Below, in pieces: positions 9,183-20,000 of a DNA stretch of 35,160 bases. The notes below the pieces were generated by a model that was not told where the DNA came from, searched no databases, and saw nothing but the letters and a program-made list of their open reading frames with translations. Source of the stretch: Chitinophagaceae bacterium (GTDB taxonomy: Bacteria > Bacteroidota > Bacteroidia > Chitinophagales > Chitinophagaceae). Where the stretch lies: positions 1-35,160 of the forward strand of contig JAYTTM010000061.1 in the NCBI GenBank assembly GCA_043745055.1, in the 5' to 3' direction. The stretch's first letter is position 1, and each line of letters opens with the position of its first letter. A program made the position numbers and the translations under genes.

Positions 9183-11068
9183 GCTGCAAACTCCTCCACC
9201 ATATCCAACTCTACTTTTAAATTATCAATAATAAAATCTTGCCTGCTAGGTGTGTTTTTGCCCATGTAATATTCCAGCAATTGTTGAATATGGGTATCAG
9301 GCAACATCATTACCGGCTGCAATTTCATATCCCTGTTTATAAACTGGGCAAACTCATTCGGACTAATTTCTCCCAGCCCTTTAAACCGGGTTATCTCTGG
9401 TTTGCTACCCAGTTTTTTTATGGCTGTCTGTTTTTCTTTTTCATCGTAGCAATAAAAAGTTTCCTGCTTGTTGCGCACACGAAACAACGGCGTTTCTAAA
9501 ATATATACATGGCCATTCTTCACCAGATCGGGAAAAAACTGTAAAAAGAAAGTCATTAGCAATAAACGAATGTGCAAACCATCCACATCGGCATCGGTAG
9601 CAAATACTATGTTGTTATAGCGCAGCCCTTCGTATCCTTCCTCAATATTCAAAGCATGTTGCAACAGGTTAAACTCTTCGTTCTCGTACACTATTTTTTT
9701 GGTAAGACCATAACAATTGAGCGGCTTACCCCGTAAGCTAAAAACCGCCTGCGTTTCTACCATACGAGCCTTTGTAATACTACCACTTGCACTATCCCCT
9801 TCCGTGATAAAAATGGTACTCTCCTTTTGCTTTTCTACTATACTATCTTTGTCTTTGCCGGTAGCTTCATCGTTGAGGTGATATTTGCAATCCCTCAGTT
9901 TTTTATTATGAAGGTTGGCTTTTTTGGCTCGTTCGTTGGCCAATTTGCGAATGCCGCTTAGCTCCTTCCGCTCCCGTTCGTTTTGCTCAATTCGTTTCTT
10001 CAGCGCTTCTGCGGTAGCAGGGTTTCTATGTAAAAAATTATTTAATTCCTTTCCTAAAAAATCACCAATAAAATTCTTTATACTCGGGCCGCCTTCGCTC
10101 ACTGTTTGTGATCCTAGTTTTGTTTTAGTCTGGCTTTCAAAAACAGGTTCCTGAACCCTTACACTAATTGCGGCACAGATGCTTCCCCTTATATCCGACG
10201 CCTCATAGTCTTTCTTAAAAAACTCCCTGATTGTTTTAATATAACCTTCCCGAAAAGCCGCCAGATGCGTACCGCCCTGCGTAGTAAACTGACCATTTAC
10301 AAAGCTGTAGTATTCTTCCCCATAGGCACTTTCATGCGTTATAGCCACTTCAATATCCTCGCCTTTTAGGTGAATAATGGGGTAACGAATTTCATCCGCA
10401 TTGGTTTTTCGCTGCAACAAATCCAGCAACCCGTTTTTGCTTATAAAACGTTTGTTGTTAAGGTTCATTACCAGCCCTGCGTTGAGGTAGCAGTAATTCC
10501 AAAACTGGTTATCCAGGTATTCCTGTACAAAATGAAAATTCTTAAAAATTGTATCATCCGGCACAAATTCAACCAATGTTCCATTCTCCTGTGTGGTAGC
10601 TATTTCCTTGTGTTCTTTTATAAGATTACCCTGCTTAAATTCAGCAGCTTTTTCCCTGCCATCTCTAAAAGAAGTTACTTTAAAATAATTGCTCAACGCA
10701 TTTACAGCCTTGGTACCAACTCCATTGAGGCCCACACTTTTTTGAAATGCTTTACTGTCGTATTTGGCACCGGTATTAATTTTGCTCACCACATCTACCA
10801 CTTTACCAAGCGGAATACCCCGGCCATAATCCCTCACCGTAATTTCATTGCCGGCAATATTTACATCCACATGGCGGCCATAGCCCATCGTGTGTTCATC
10901 AATACAATTGTCAATCGTTTCCTTCAGTAGTACATAAATACCATCATCGGCACTGCTGCCATCGCCCAGCTTACCAATGTACATACCCGGCCGCAGGCGT
11001 ATGTGTTCTTTCCAGTCAAGGCTCCTGATGGAGTCGTCTTCGTATCTGCTTGTATCTTTTTCTGCCAT
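9170..11068 (-). CDS. parE: DNA topoisomerase IV subunit B
   Basis: [16 protein letters not shown] ATPase motifs (ETIDN, DYGRGIP, GLNGVG), TOPRIM EGDSA, LRGK, DADVDG and RFKGLGE. Confidence 0.9.
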   Translation of the reverse strand: MAEKDTSRYEDDSIRSLDWKEHIRLRPGMYIGKLGDGSSADDGIYVLLKETIDNCIDEHTMGYGRHVDVNIAGNEITVRDYGRGIPLGKVVDVVSKINTGAKYDSKAFQKSVGLNGVGTKAVNALSNYFKVTSFRDGREKAAEFKQGNLIKEHKEIATTQENGTLVEFVPDDTIFKNFHFVQEYLDNQFWNYCYLNAGLVMNLNNKRFISKNGLLDLLQRKTNADEIRYPIIHLKGEDIEVAITHESAYGEEYYSFVNGQFTTQGGTHLAAFREGYIKTIREFFKKDYEASDIRGSICAAISVRVQEPVFESQTKTKLGSQTVSEGGPSIKNFIGDFLGKELNNFLHRNPATAEALKKRIEQNERERKELSGIRKLANERAKKANLHNKKLRDCKYHLNDEATGKDKDSIVEKQKESTIFITEGDSASGSITKARMVETQAVFSLRGKPLNCYGLTKKIVYENEEFNLLQHALNIEEGYEGLRYNNIVFATDADVDGLHIRLLLMTFFLQFFPDLVKNGHVYILETPLFRVRNKQETFYCYDEKEKQTAIKKLGSKPEITRFKGLGEISPNEFAQFINRDMKLQPVMMLPDTHIQQLLEYYMGKNTPSRQDFIIDNLKVELDMVEEFAAPIP

Positions 11069-11457
11069 TTACCCTAATCCCCCTAAGGGATATTTATTTG
11101 TTATTAATTATGTAACCAGCTGTATTTCTTTATTCAACATCGTTGTGTCACTCCCTTGTACGTTTAGCAATTTTATTGAGCTTTTATCCACTAATAGGTT
11201 ATAGCAAGGCAACAACGCCGCCGTAAGCTACTAATTTTATTAGTAATTATGCAATGTGGCAAATATAGTTAAAGGACAATAGAGAAAAAGGGATGGTTAT
11301 TCACATGAGGTGCATATAATTTTGGAGCTAATTTTACAATGTTGGTTCTGGAAGAATGTCATTAAAATATAAAGCAGAAAGTTGCTGCATAATGTAGCCA
11401 GTTTTCTTTGGGGAGTATTTCGGCATATATAAAACTTTTGTAGTTATCTTGTAATCC

Positions 11458-12041
11458 ATGAAGCATTTTATACTCTATTTAATTTTCATCCTGTTAAATA
11501 CTCCTCACTTCAGCAAGGCTCAAAAATTTACATTTAAGGAGACTAAAACCATTTCAGTAAAGAAAGATTTTAAAAAAGTTTTGATTCTTAGTTTTGGCTC
11601 AATTGAAACCAGGCTGTTTTTAGAAAATCTTTCTGCAAAAATAATAGATAGATTAAAAATAGAAAACATTGAGGCAGAATACCAATACCTTGGCAACAAA
11701 ACGGAACAAACCGACGGAGAGATCAAAAACAGGATGCACAATCTATTCGATGCTTTTATGGTATTTTCTCCTTTAGATACTTCCTTGTTTTCACTTAAAT
11801 ACAAAACCAATAATATGGGTGTACCTGTTTCAGGTTTTGGAACAGTAGGTGTTACAACTGCCTCCAGGTCTATTTCATATACCCAGAATTTTGACATTAA
11901 ATTATACGAACCCGGAAATGCGTAGAAACTACCTGGGAGGCAGCACTTAAAATTGATTGCGATTTTAGTAAGCAACAAATTTATTCAACTATAGTAAAAA
12001 CCATTTTTGTTAGTTTTAGAGATAACAAAATCATCAACTAA
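11458..12041 (+). pseudogene. Secreted hypothetical protein, apparently frameshifted near 11920
   Basis: The signal-peptide ORF 11458-11925 stops at ...YEPGNA*. The -1 frame continues VETTWEAALKIDCDFSKQQIYSTIVKTIFVSFRDNKIIN* to 12041. Confidence 0.5.
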
Positions 12042-12090
12042 TTTAAAGCAACCTTTATTAATTTAAAACATTAAACTAATTAGTCTAAAA

Positions 12091-13383
12091 ATGAAAAATA
12101 ATTTAATTCCTCTATTTTTTTTAGGCACATTCTTTCTTGCCTGCCAATCAAAACAGGCGTTTTTTAACCCAAAATTTACACTATCCGCAGCCGAAAAAAT
12201 AAAATTCAATTCATTTGTCGACTGTAATATGGCCGAGGCGTGGGTAGGCGATACCTTTAGGATTTTTCCTGGCAAATACGGCGAAGACCCTGTATGGGGG
12301 TATTCCTTAAACCTAAAATATGCTGATGGCAAAAATGCCCATGAAGTATTTAGAAATTCGGCAAAGGATTTTTTTGATCCTATAATGCCCAAAAACGTTG
12401 CACCAAACCAGGATGGGCTTCATGGTGCAGTTTGGTTTGAAACTGTGTACCAGGATATAAAAGACACAACTGGCAAAACCCTTTATGGTATTTATCACAA
12501 CGAAAACTACCCCGAAACTTTTCCTTACGACGAAAATACAGGTAAAGGCTATAAAAATAAAAATTGGCCACAGGGCCTTACTGGTCCGCAAAGCCCGGCT
12601 GCTGTTTGTAGAATAGGCATCATGAAATCAATTAATGGAGGCAAAATCTGGGACAACAAAGGAATTTTCATTGAAGATCTTGACCCAAGAATGATCCTGA
12701 AACCCCATAATACATCCAACACTTTTGGCGGCGGAGTGGGAGATCCTTCTGCCGTTGCAAGTGGCGAATATCTGTATTTATTTTATGGCGAATATGGTTA
12801 TCCGGGTATTTACAGCGAAAAGAATTATAGTGGAGATGTAGAGTGGAAAGGGCAATGCATAAGTGTAGCCCGTATAGCGCTCAGCGATTTAGATAACCCT
12901 GTTGGCAAGGCCAAAAGATGGGATGGCAAAGGCTTTAACGCCCCCTATAATAGTTTTGGAAAACCTGTTGCATCCTTACAAATACCAAGAGAAAAGGGGG
13001 GTGGACCAGCCTCATCCCCTAAAGGCGGTTTTCATTGGGGGCCATCAGTTAGCTGGAACTCTTACCTCAATTGCTGGGTTATGATGATGGGGAAAGTGGT
13101 GGGCAAATCATGGATTGGTAGCCAGGTATATATCTCCTTTAATAAAAACATCGACTTAACCGAAGGAGCCAATAGCCAGGACTGGACAAAGCCACAGCTT
13201 TTTTTTGAAAAACCAGGCTATACATTATGGTACCCTTCTTTACAACCGATTGATAGCGAAGAAGACATTAAAGAAAAACGAACCTGCTTGAAATTAGGAA
13301 AAAAGGCACGCTTTTTTGTGAAAAGAATTAAACCCGGCGACGATGAATATGCATCAGAGCATATTGTTGAATTCGAAAAATAG
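12091..13383 (+). CDS. Hypothetical lipoprotein, probable five-bladed beta-propeller (GH32/GH43-like fold)
   Basis: Lipobox FFLAC; Asp-box-like KSINGGKIW; GDPSAV...YLYLFY; GPSVSWNSYLNCWVM; WYPS. Confidence 0.6.
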   Translation: MKNNLIPLFFLGTFFLACQSKQAFFNPKFTLSAAEKIKFNSFVDCNMAEAWVGDTFRIFPGKYGEDPVWGYSLNLKYADGKNAHEVFRNSAKDFFDPIMPKNVAPNQDGLHGAVWFETVYQDIKDTTGKTLYGIYHNENYPETFPYDENTGKGYKNKNWPQGLTGPQSPAAVCRIGIMKSINGGKIWDNKGIFIEDLDPRMILKPHNTSNTFGGGVGDPSAVASGEYLYLFYGEYGYPGIYSEKNYSGDVEWKGQCISVARIALSDLDNPVGKAKRWDGKGFNAPYNSFGKPVASLQIPREKGGGPASSPKGGFHWGPSVSWNSYLNCWVMMMGKVVGKSWIGSQVYISFNKNIDLTEGANSQDWTKPQLFFEKPGYTLWYPSLQPIDSEEDIKEKRTCLKLGKKARFFVKRIKPGDDEYASEHIVEFEK

Positions 13384-13487
13384 GGATGTTATAGTTGCAT
13401 TGCTTTATCCCTTTACTTAGCATATCATCATTGGAAATTTATAGCTTGATGGTGGCTGAAAGTCATCGCAGGAAAAGAATATCCCAG

Positions 13488-14831
13488 TTATTTTTTTAAA
13501 TGCACCTTTCTTAATAAAAATTGTGCAATAGCCCGCCCTTGTTTGATACCGCTTTCATTCGCTTCCCGGTAATGTATACCACCGTACAGTCTTGATAAAG
13601 CAGCCTCATCTGCAGCTTCATAAAATGAAGTATAAAACCTGGGTGTAAAACCAAGATGTACATTAGTTCTATCCGTAAAAGACAAGTTACCTAACATAGA
13701 AGTGAGTACTTCGCTGGAAGCACCTGATGACACAGAATGGCCTGAAGGATATTCTGGAAAAGCAGGAGTTGGTACAAATGATGTCCAGTTAGTATTACCC
13801 GCAATAAATTCCTGAATATAAGTTTTAGGCCTTAAAAAATTGTACTTATATTTTGAATACCAGCAGGAAATAAATGCATCAGCTTCAGCTATCCCAACCA
13901 TCGCATACATAGGCGCAGCCGTAGCAAGATTAAGGCGCAGATTTACAGTTAAATCATTTTCAATACCAACCCAATGGCCGGATGGTGTGGCAGTTACAGT
14001 TGGCCCATCAGCCCACCATTTTGCTATATCTTTTTGGCCTTGGCTAAGGTTTTGATTAATGGTTAATACTTCCATGGCCTGATTGTAAAAAGCCGATCCA
14101 GGAACGGTGCTAAATGGCACGAGCTCTGGTACTTCGCACATATCTGAACTTGTCATGGAAAAACAACGCAACTGCCCCCAAAAGGGTTCTGCAGGGTTTA
14201 GGTTTACGGCGTCGGTGGGTCCCCAAAACTGCGGATTTCCATCCCTCGAAGGAACAACATAAGTCATTGACCTTGTTTCTTTAAAATTATCTGTAGAAGC
14301 CCATTTTAAAATAGCACTTGCGATTTGTTTACCATATTCAATAGAATTATCAATAGTTACCTGCTCGTTGTTGGTTTTTCTGTTGGTGATATTAACTGTA
14401 TGTATAGAATCTAGGCGGGTTATATTTGAAGGTTTCAATACGCCAAAAATTTCTTTCGAAACATTATAGAGTGCTTCATTTGCTACAGCAGGATAATCAA
14501 CTGCCCCAATAATTGAAGGCATCTTATTTAATCCATTTAATTGCGTACCAAGCGACTGGTTTTCCGGCATTCCTTTTACTACACTTTCGTATAATGTTAC
14601 ACCTGTGTAACCATAAATACGGGAGGCTTGTGGCGGATTCTTGCTTTCAGACCTTACAAGTTCACGAATCATCACCATCCAGTCCTTCGCAATCGAAGCA
14701 TCAAATTTTGCCGTTTCAACCGAGGTTAATACCGTTGGTATTGGAGCTAAATTATCATCTTTTTTACAACCAAATAATAAACCGGTAAGTAGAATAATTC
14801 CAATTATTTGTTTTGTACAGTTCTTTTGCAT
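13488..14831 (-). CDS. Vanadium-dependent haloperoxidase / PAP2-superfamily lipoprotein
   Basis: Lipobox LLFGC followed by KKDD; active-site motifs KYKYNFLRP, PAFPEYPSGHS and SRLYGGIHY. Confidence 0.85.
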   Translation of the reverse strand: MQKNCTKQIIGIILLTGLLFGCKKDDNLAPIPTVLTSVETAKFDASIAKDWMVMIRELVRSESKNPPQASRIYGYTGVTLYESVVKGMPENQSLGTQLNGLNKMPSIIGAVDYPAVANEALYNVSKEIFGVLKPSNITRLDSIHTVNITNRKTNNEQVTIDNSIEYGKQIASAILKWASTDNFKETRSMTYVVPSRDGNPQFWGPTDAVNLNPAEPFWGQLRCFSMTSSDMCEVPELVPFSTVPGSAFYNQAMEVLTINQNLSQGQKDIAKWWADGPTVTATPSGHWVGIENDLTVNLRLNLATAAPMYAMVGIAEADAFISCWYSKYKYNFLRPKTYIQEFIAGNTNWTSFVPTPAFPEYPSGHSVSSGASSEVLTSMLGNLSFTDRTNVHLGFTPRFYTSFYEAADEAALSRLYGGIHYREANESGIKQGRAIAQFLLRKVHLKK

Positions 14832-15156
14832 GAAAGATTTTTTATTTAACGACTTTTAAATAACAATATTATTCAATTTATAACAATATTCATACTAAAC
14901 TTGCTTTTGTGCAAATATTTAACCTACATATTAAAAAATGATGAAGCCTCAATATTACTATAGCTCTAATTTGTACTGTAATATCTAACACTATTTCATT
15001 CGAAAACTCATTTTTCATTTTTATTTCTCATTCATATAAAATTTTTAACTCAGCTTATTTTATTCAAATTAATTTAAGCACCGCATACATGGCTACTAAA
15101 AACTGTGAATCTATTTAACCTTACAAATGTTTATTATCTTTCATAAAATAAAGCTT

Positions 15157-16905
15157 ATGAACCGCAAAATATTTTTTACCGCTGCAATAATAATTTTATT
15201 AATGGCCCTTGGTTTTAGGTATGCATCCAAAAAAAATAACCGCCAGCCACAACTTGTTTCAAGAGAAAGTATTTTTAGAAATAAGATTACAATTCAATGC
15301 TCACCAGACTGGAATCAGCTGGATGCTGATAGTCTTGCTAATGGCATAGGCGTATTACCTGGCTGGGGAAATTACCAATGGAAGATTTCTACCAAAAACG
15401 ATAGTGCCCAATTATATTTTAACCAGGGCATCAATATGTATTTTGCGTTTCACATTATTGAAGCGATGGCATCCTTTAAAAAAGCCCAACAGTTTGATAA
15501 CAACAATGCTATGATTTACTGGGGACAGGCGTTGGCTTATGGCCCCAACATTAATGACTATGCTTATTCAGCCACACCGAATGCGTTTGCTGCTGCACAA
15601 AAAGCACACTCTTTAAATGCAACCTGCACAGCTAAAGAAAAAGAATTGATTGAAGCAATGGTAGTAAGATACTCAGCCGACAGCAGCATCAGCAGGGCTT
15701 CCCTCAATCAGCAATATGCCGATGCCATGAAAAAATCATACGGACGGTTTATGAATGATGCAGATATCTCTACTTTGTATGCTGATGCACTTATGCTGCA
15801 ACATCCCTGGAATTACTGGAAACACAATGGGGATGCTGAACCATGGACAGCAGCAATTTTATCGGTACTGGAAGGTATTTTAATTAAACACCCGGAGCAT
15901 CCCGGCGCTAATCATTATTATATTCATTCTGTAGAGGCTTCGGGCAATCCCCAGCGGGCATTGCCCAGTGCCGACAGATTGGGCAGACTGATGCCTGGCG
16001 TGGCGCACATGGTACACATGCCTTCGCATATTTATATACGCAGCGGCAATTATAAGCAGGGCAGCCTGGTAAATGAAATGTCGGTTAAGGGATACAAAAA
16101 TTATTTAACCTTATACCCCGATGTACAAAATAATGCGCCGCTTTACCTCATCCACAACCTGCACATGCAGAGCGCCTGTGCCATGATGAGAGCCAATTAC
16201 AACTACAGTAATATTAGTGCAATAGAATGCAGCAAAAGTTTCGACACCAGTTTTCTATCTATGCCGCCACCGTTGGGTACTTACATGCAATACCTGCACG
16301 CAACCCCTGCCTTCAACAATGTGCGGTTTGGAAAATGGGATGCAATATTGAATACAGTACCTCCTCAGGAATATCATCTTTATGCCAGGTTACTTTGGCA
16401 TTGGGCAAGAGGAATGGCATTTGCAGGAAAAAATAAAATCACTGAAGCTACAGCAGAATTAAATATAATTTTTGAGGAAATAAAGGCACCCGATATGTTG
16501 GTGGTGATGGAACCTTTTAATGCGCCGGCAGATGCCGCAAAAGTGGCAGCAAAAATGCTGGCGGGTGTAATTGCTTTGAAAGAAAACAATTTTACAAAAG
16601 CTATTCAGTTGTTGAATGAAGCCGTTGCAAATGAAGATGCGCTCATTTACAATGAACCAAAAGACTGGCTGATTTCTGCAAGAGAATATTTGGGTGATGC
16701 TCTATTAAAATCGGGTAATGCGGCAAAAGCTGCAGCCATTTTTAAAGAAGACCTGAAAGAAAATCCCCATAACCATTGGGCATTGTATGGACTTTACCAG
16801 GCCTTGAAGCAACAGAAAAAAACTGCTGAAGCATTAAACATAAAAAAACAATTTGATAAGGCTTTTGCTGATGCTGATATACAGATGGGGCATGTTGTAT
16901 TTTAA
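15157..16905 (+). CDS. Exported TPR-repeat protein with conserved His motifs
   Basis: AQLYFNQG...AMIYWGQALAYGPNIN, HPGANHYYIHSVE and HMVHMPSHIY motifs, C-terminal TPRs. ATG 15157 (MNRKIFF) is the likely start; the ORF track starts at 15127. Confidence 0.75.
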   Translation: MNRKIFFTAAIIILLMALGFRYASKKNNRQPQLVSRESIFRNKITIQCSPDWNQLDADSLANGIGVLPGWGNYQWKISTKNDSAQLYFNQGINMYFAFHIIEAMASFKKAQQFDNNNAMIYWGQALAYGPNINDYAYSATPNAFAAAQKAHSLNATCTAKEKELIEAMVVRYSADSSISRASLNQQYADAMKKSYGRFMNDADISTLYADALMLQHPWNYWKHNGDAEPWTAAILSVLEGILIKHPEHPGANHYYIHSVEASGNPQRALPSADRLGRLMPGVAHMVHMPSHIYIRSGNYKQGSLVNEMSVKGYKNYLTLYPDVQNNAPLYLIHNLHMQSACAMMRANYNYSNISAIECSKSFDTSFLSMPPPLGTYMQYLHATPAFNNVRFGKWDAILNTVPPQEYHLYARLLWHWARGMAFAGKNKITEATAELNIIFEEIKAPDMLVVMEPFNAPADAAKVAAKMLAGVIALKENNFTKAIQLLNEAVANEDALIYNEPKDWLISAREYLGDALLKSGNAAKAAAIFKEDLKENPHNHWALYGLYQALKQQKKTAEALNIKKQFDKAFADADIQMGHVVF

Positions 16906-17065
16906 ACAATTAACTTTAGGGCACAACTATTTTTAATAAAAAACAGCGTAGCATATTTCACCAATAACAGAGAATAAACTTTACATAACTTCATTATAAA
17001 TGCCCGGAGATAATAATGTTGGTGGCTGTTTTAAAAGTAGCCTTAAACCCCGGCGAAACAAAAAT

Positions 17066-20000
17066 TTACACTGGTAAGGTAAAATAAAAAGTGCTTCCCT
17101 TATCAGGCTCACTTTCTGCCCACAACGTACCATTGTGCCTTTCAATAATATTGTTAGATATGTACAACCCAATACCCAATCCCTGAAAACTTATTGCATG
17201 TTCCTGTGCCCGGTAATACCTGTCAAAAATTTTGTCTAAATGCTTTATTGACATACCAATACCAAAATCCTGAACCGATACCTGAATTTTATTATCCTGT
17301 TCTTCTATTTTAACTAACACCCTATCAGCTTTGGGAGAATATTTTACAGCATTGTTTAATAAATTAATCAACACCTGTTGCAGTCTGCCTTTATCGCCGG
17401 TTATTTGTTTTAAACTGCTACCTGTTTTTTGTATGATATGATTTTTAGCAATAACCTGAATGTCTTGAATGGCTTCATCCAACATTTCATTAAAATCAAA
17501 CGTGGATATATTATAATTCAGTTTGCCATTTTGTATTTTACTGGCATCTAATAATTCTGTAACTAAACGGTGTAGCCTTTCTACTGACTGATTAGCTTTG
17601 TTGGCGTATAAAAAGGCCGTTTGGTTTTCTTCGCTTAACAGCAGGATCAACAATTCAAGATAGCCTTTAGCTGTAGTAAGTGGTGTTTTCATTTCATGGC
17701 TGGCAATGCTTATAAATTCATCTTTTTGTTGTTCTTTTGTTTTCTGTTCATGTATATCTGTGTTGCTTCCAATCCATCCGGTAATTTTGCCATTAATATC
17801 TTTTTGTGCAATTCCATGACCCAGATGCCATCGATAAGTTCCATCATGACGGCGAAGGCGCTTTTCCATTTTAAAATCTTCGCCTGTTTTAATCGAATGT
17901 TGCCATAGCTGCAAATCCTTTTTAAGCTCGTCAGGAAAAATAATTTCCAGCATGCCATCGCTTTTTAATTCTTCAAAAGATAATCCTGTATAGCTAAGAA
18001 AATATTGGTTGAAGAAATTTTTCTTTCCATCGGGATCTGCTGTCCATACCATGATAGGAATAGTTTCGGAAAGCGTTCTGAATTTGGCTACGCTTTCCTT
18101 AATTTTTTCTTCCGCTTCTTTTTTTGCAGTAATATCCTGTGCGGCTAAAATACTGTAGAGTGGTTTTGCAGGTTGTACGGTACGGTCGAAAAAAAACTGT
18201 TTGTTTATTTTTAACCATCGCACTTCGCCTCCCGGGAGTACGATTTGGTGTTCTACTTCCATCAATCCAGAGCCCTCTGGTTTTATTACCTGTTCAATGT
18301 GTTTTTCCACATCTTGTTTCCAATCAGGATGAAAAGTATCATGCAACTGCTTTCGTGTTACAGTTAAATTATCTGCCGGCAACCCATACATTAATGCGGC
18401 CTCTGGTGAAAGGCTTACCAGCCCGGTGTGGTAATTAATTTCCGCCAATGCTACATTGGCTACATTGAGCCCTCCCTGTAAGCGTTCTTTACTTTTACGC
18501 AAAGCTTCTTCAGCTTGTTTCTCTTCAGTTATATCAACACTAATACCGGTGAGTGTTTCGGCTTCGCCCTTTTCGTTGTAATAATATTTTCCTACAGAAC
18601 GTATCGAGCGGATAACATTATCATCAGCTTTATTTATTCTATATTCTACTTCATAAACGCCATTATTAGCCTTTGATTCTTCTATTTTTTGGAAAGCCAT
18701 TTCTTTATCCTCCGGCACAATCACTTTATGCCAGTCTTCATAAGTTAGGTCTACACAATTTTCATCATATCCCCACATTACTTTATGGATGTTAGACCAC
18801 TCCAATTTTGATGATACAATGTCGAGAGACCAAATGCCAATGTTGGCAGAATCAGTTGCCATTTTTAAATGACTTGCCGATTTTTTTTGTTCTTCCTCGC
18901 TTTCTTCAATTTGTTTTTTTGCCAACACCTGTTCGGTTACTTCGGTGGCAAGTATAGTAATGCCTGCTATGCTATTGTCAACTTCAGTATAGGGCTGATA
19001 TACAAAATTGTAATATACGGGTTCTTCTTTTCCGTTGCGGATCAGCGTAACTTTTGTTTCGTATCCATAAAAAGGTACACCTGTGGTGTATACCTGTTGA
19101 AGCAATTGTGGAAATCCCTGGTCTTTTATTTCAGGCATCACTTCAAGCAACGGCTTGCCAATTATATTTTGTCCTTTTCCCCAGGTAGCTAACAGCGAAT
19201 CATTGGCAAAGGTTACTACCATATCCGTTCCTTTTAAAATCCCAATTGCCATAATAGATTGCGAAAGTATATTGCTGAAAAGCTTTTCGCTTGCTTCAAT
19301 TTGTTTGCGGGCAACTACCAATTCTGTAACATCATATCCAAAAATTAAAATACCTTCTATATAACCTTCATCATTTTTAATGGCCTGACAATGTAAATCA
19401 ATATAAATCTGTTTCAGTTTTCCTTTTTCCTGCTCAATAAATGCAGGCATTTCTTTACCGCTAAAAGGCTTGCCTGTTCGGTGAATTTCATCTACTAATA
19501 CATCAAATCCCTGACCCTTAAGTTCGGGCAATACTTCCATCATTTTTTTACCCAATATATCCCTGTTACCAATAAGTTGGTGATACATGGTATTTGCAAA
19601 TTCGAAAACATGATCTTTCCCTTTTAAAATGACAAAGAATGCCGGAGCCTCAATGAAATAATTTTGCAGCAACTGGTGTTCCTTCTGTAAAAGGGCTGTT
19701 CTTGCTTCTATTTGTTTGCGGGCATTTACAGCTTCTGTTACCTCCGTTCCTATTGATATGATGCCGTAAATTTTATTATCCAAATTACGCAATGGTTGAT
19801 ACACCGAATTGAAATACGCCGTGTCTGGTTTTTCCGGACGTTTAAGTTGAACCATGTATTCGTTGGCAATAAAAGGTTCACCCGTAGTATAGATATTGCT
19901 GAATATTGCTTTTAACCCATCTTCCGTTTCAGGCGACACTTCAAACAGCGGTTTGTTGATTACCTGTTCGTAGGATTTTCCCCAAATTTCGAGCGCTTTT

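Noticed and set aside
10370-10930. 186-aa antisense ORF inside parE, and similar shadow ORFs inside the ABC operon, parC and kinases
   Set aside because: They lie opposite well-supported genes and have no recognisable motifs.
4084-11068. gyrA/gyrB assignment
   Set aside because: The N-terminal signatures and lack of a GyrA-box fit the Bacteroidota topoisomerase IV pair better.
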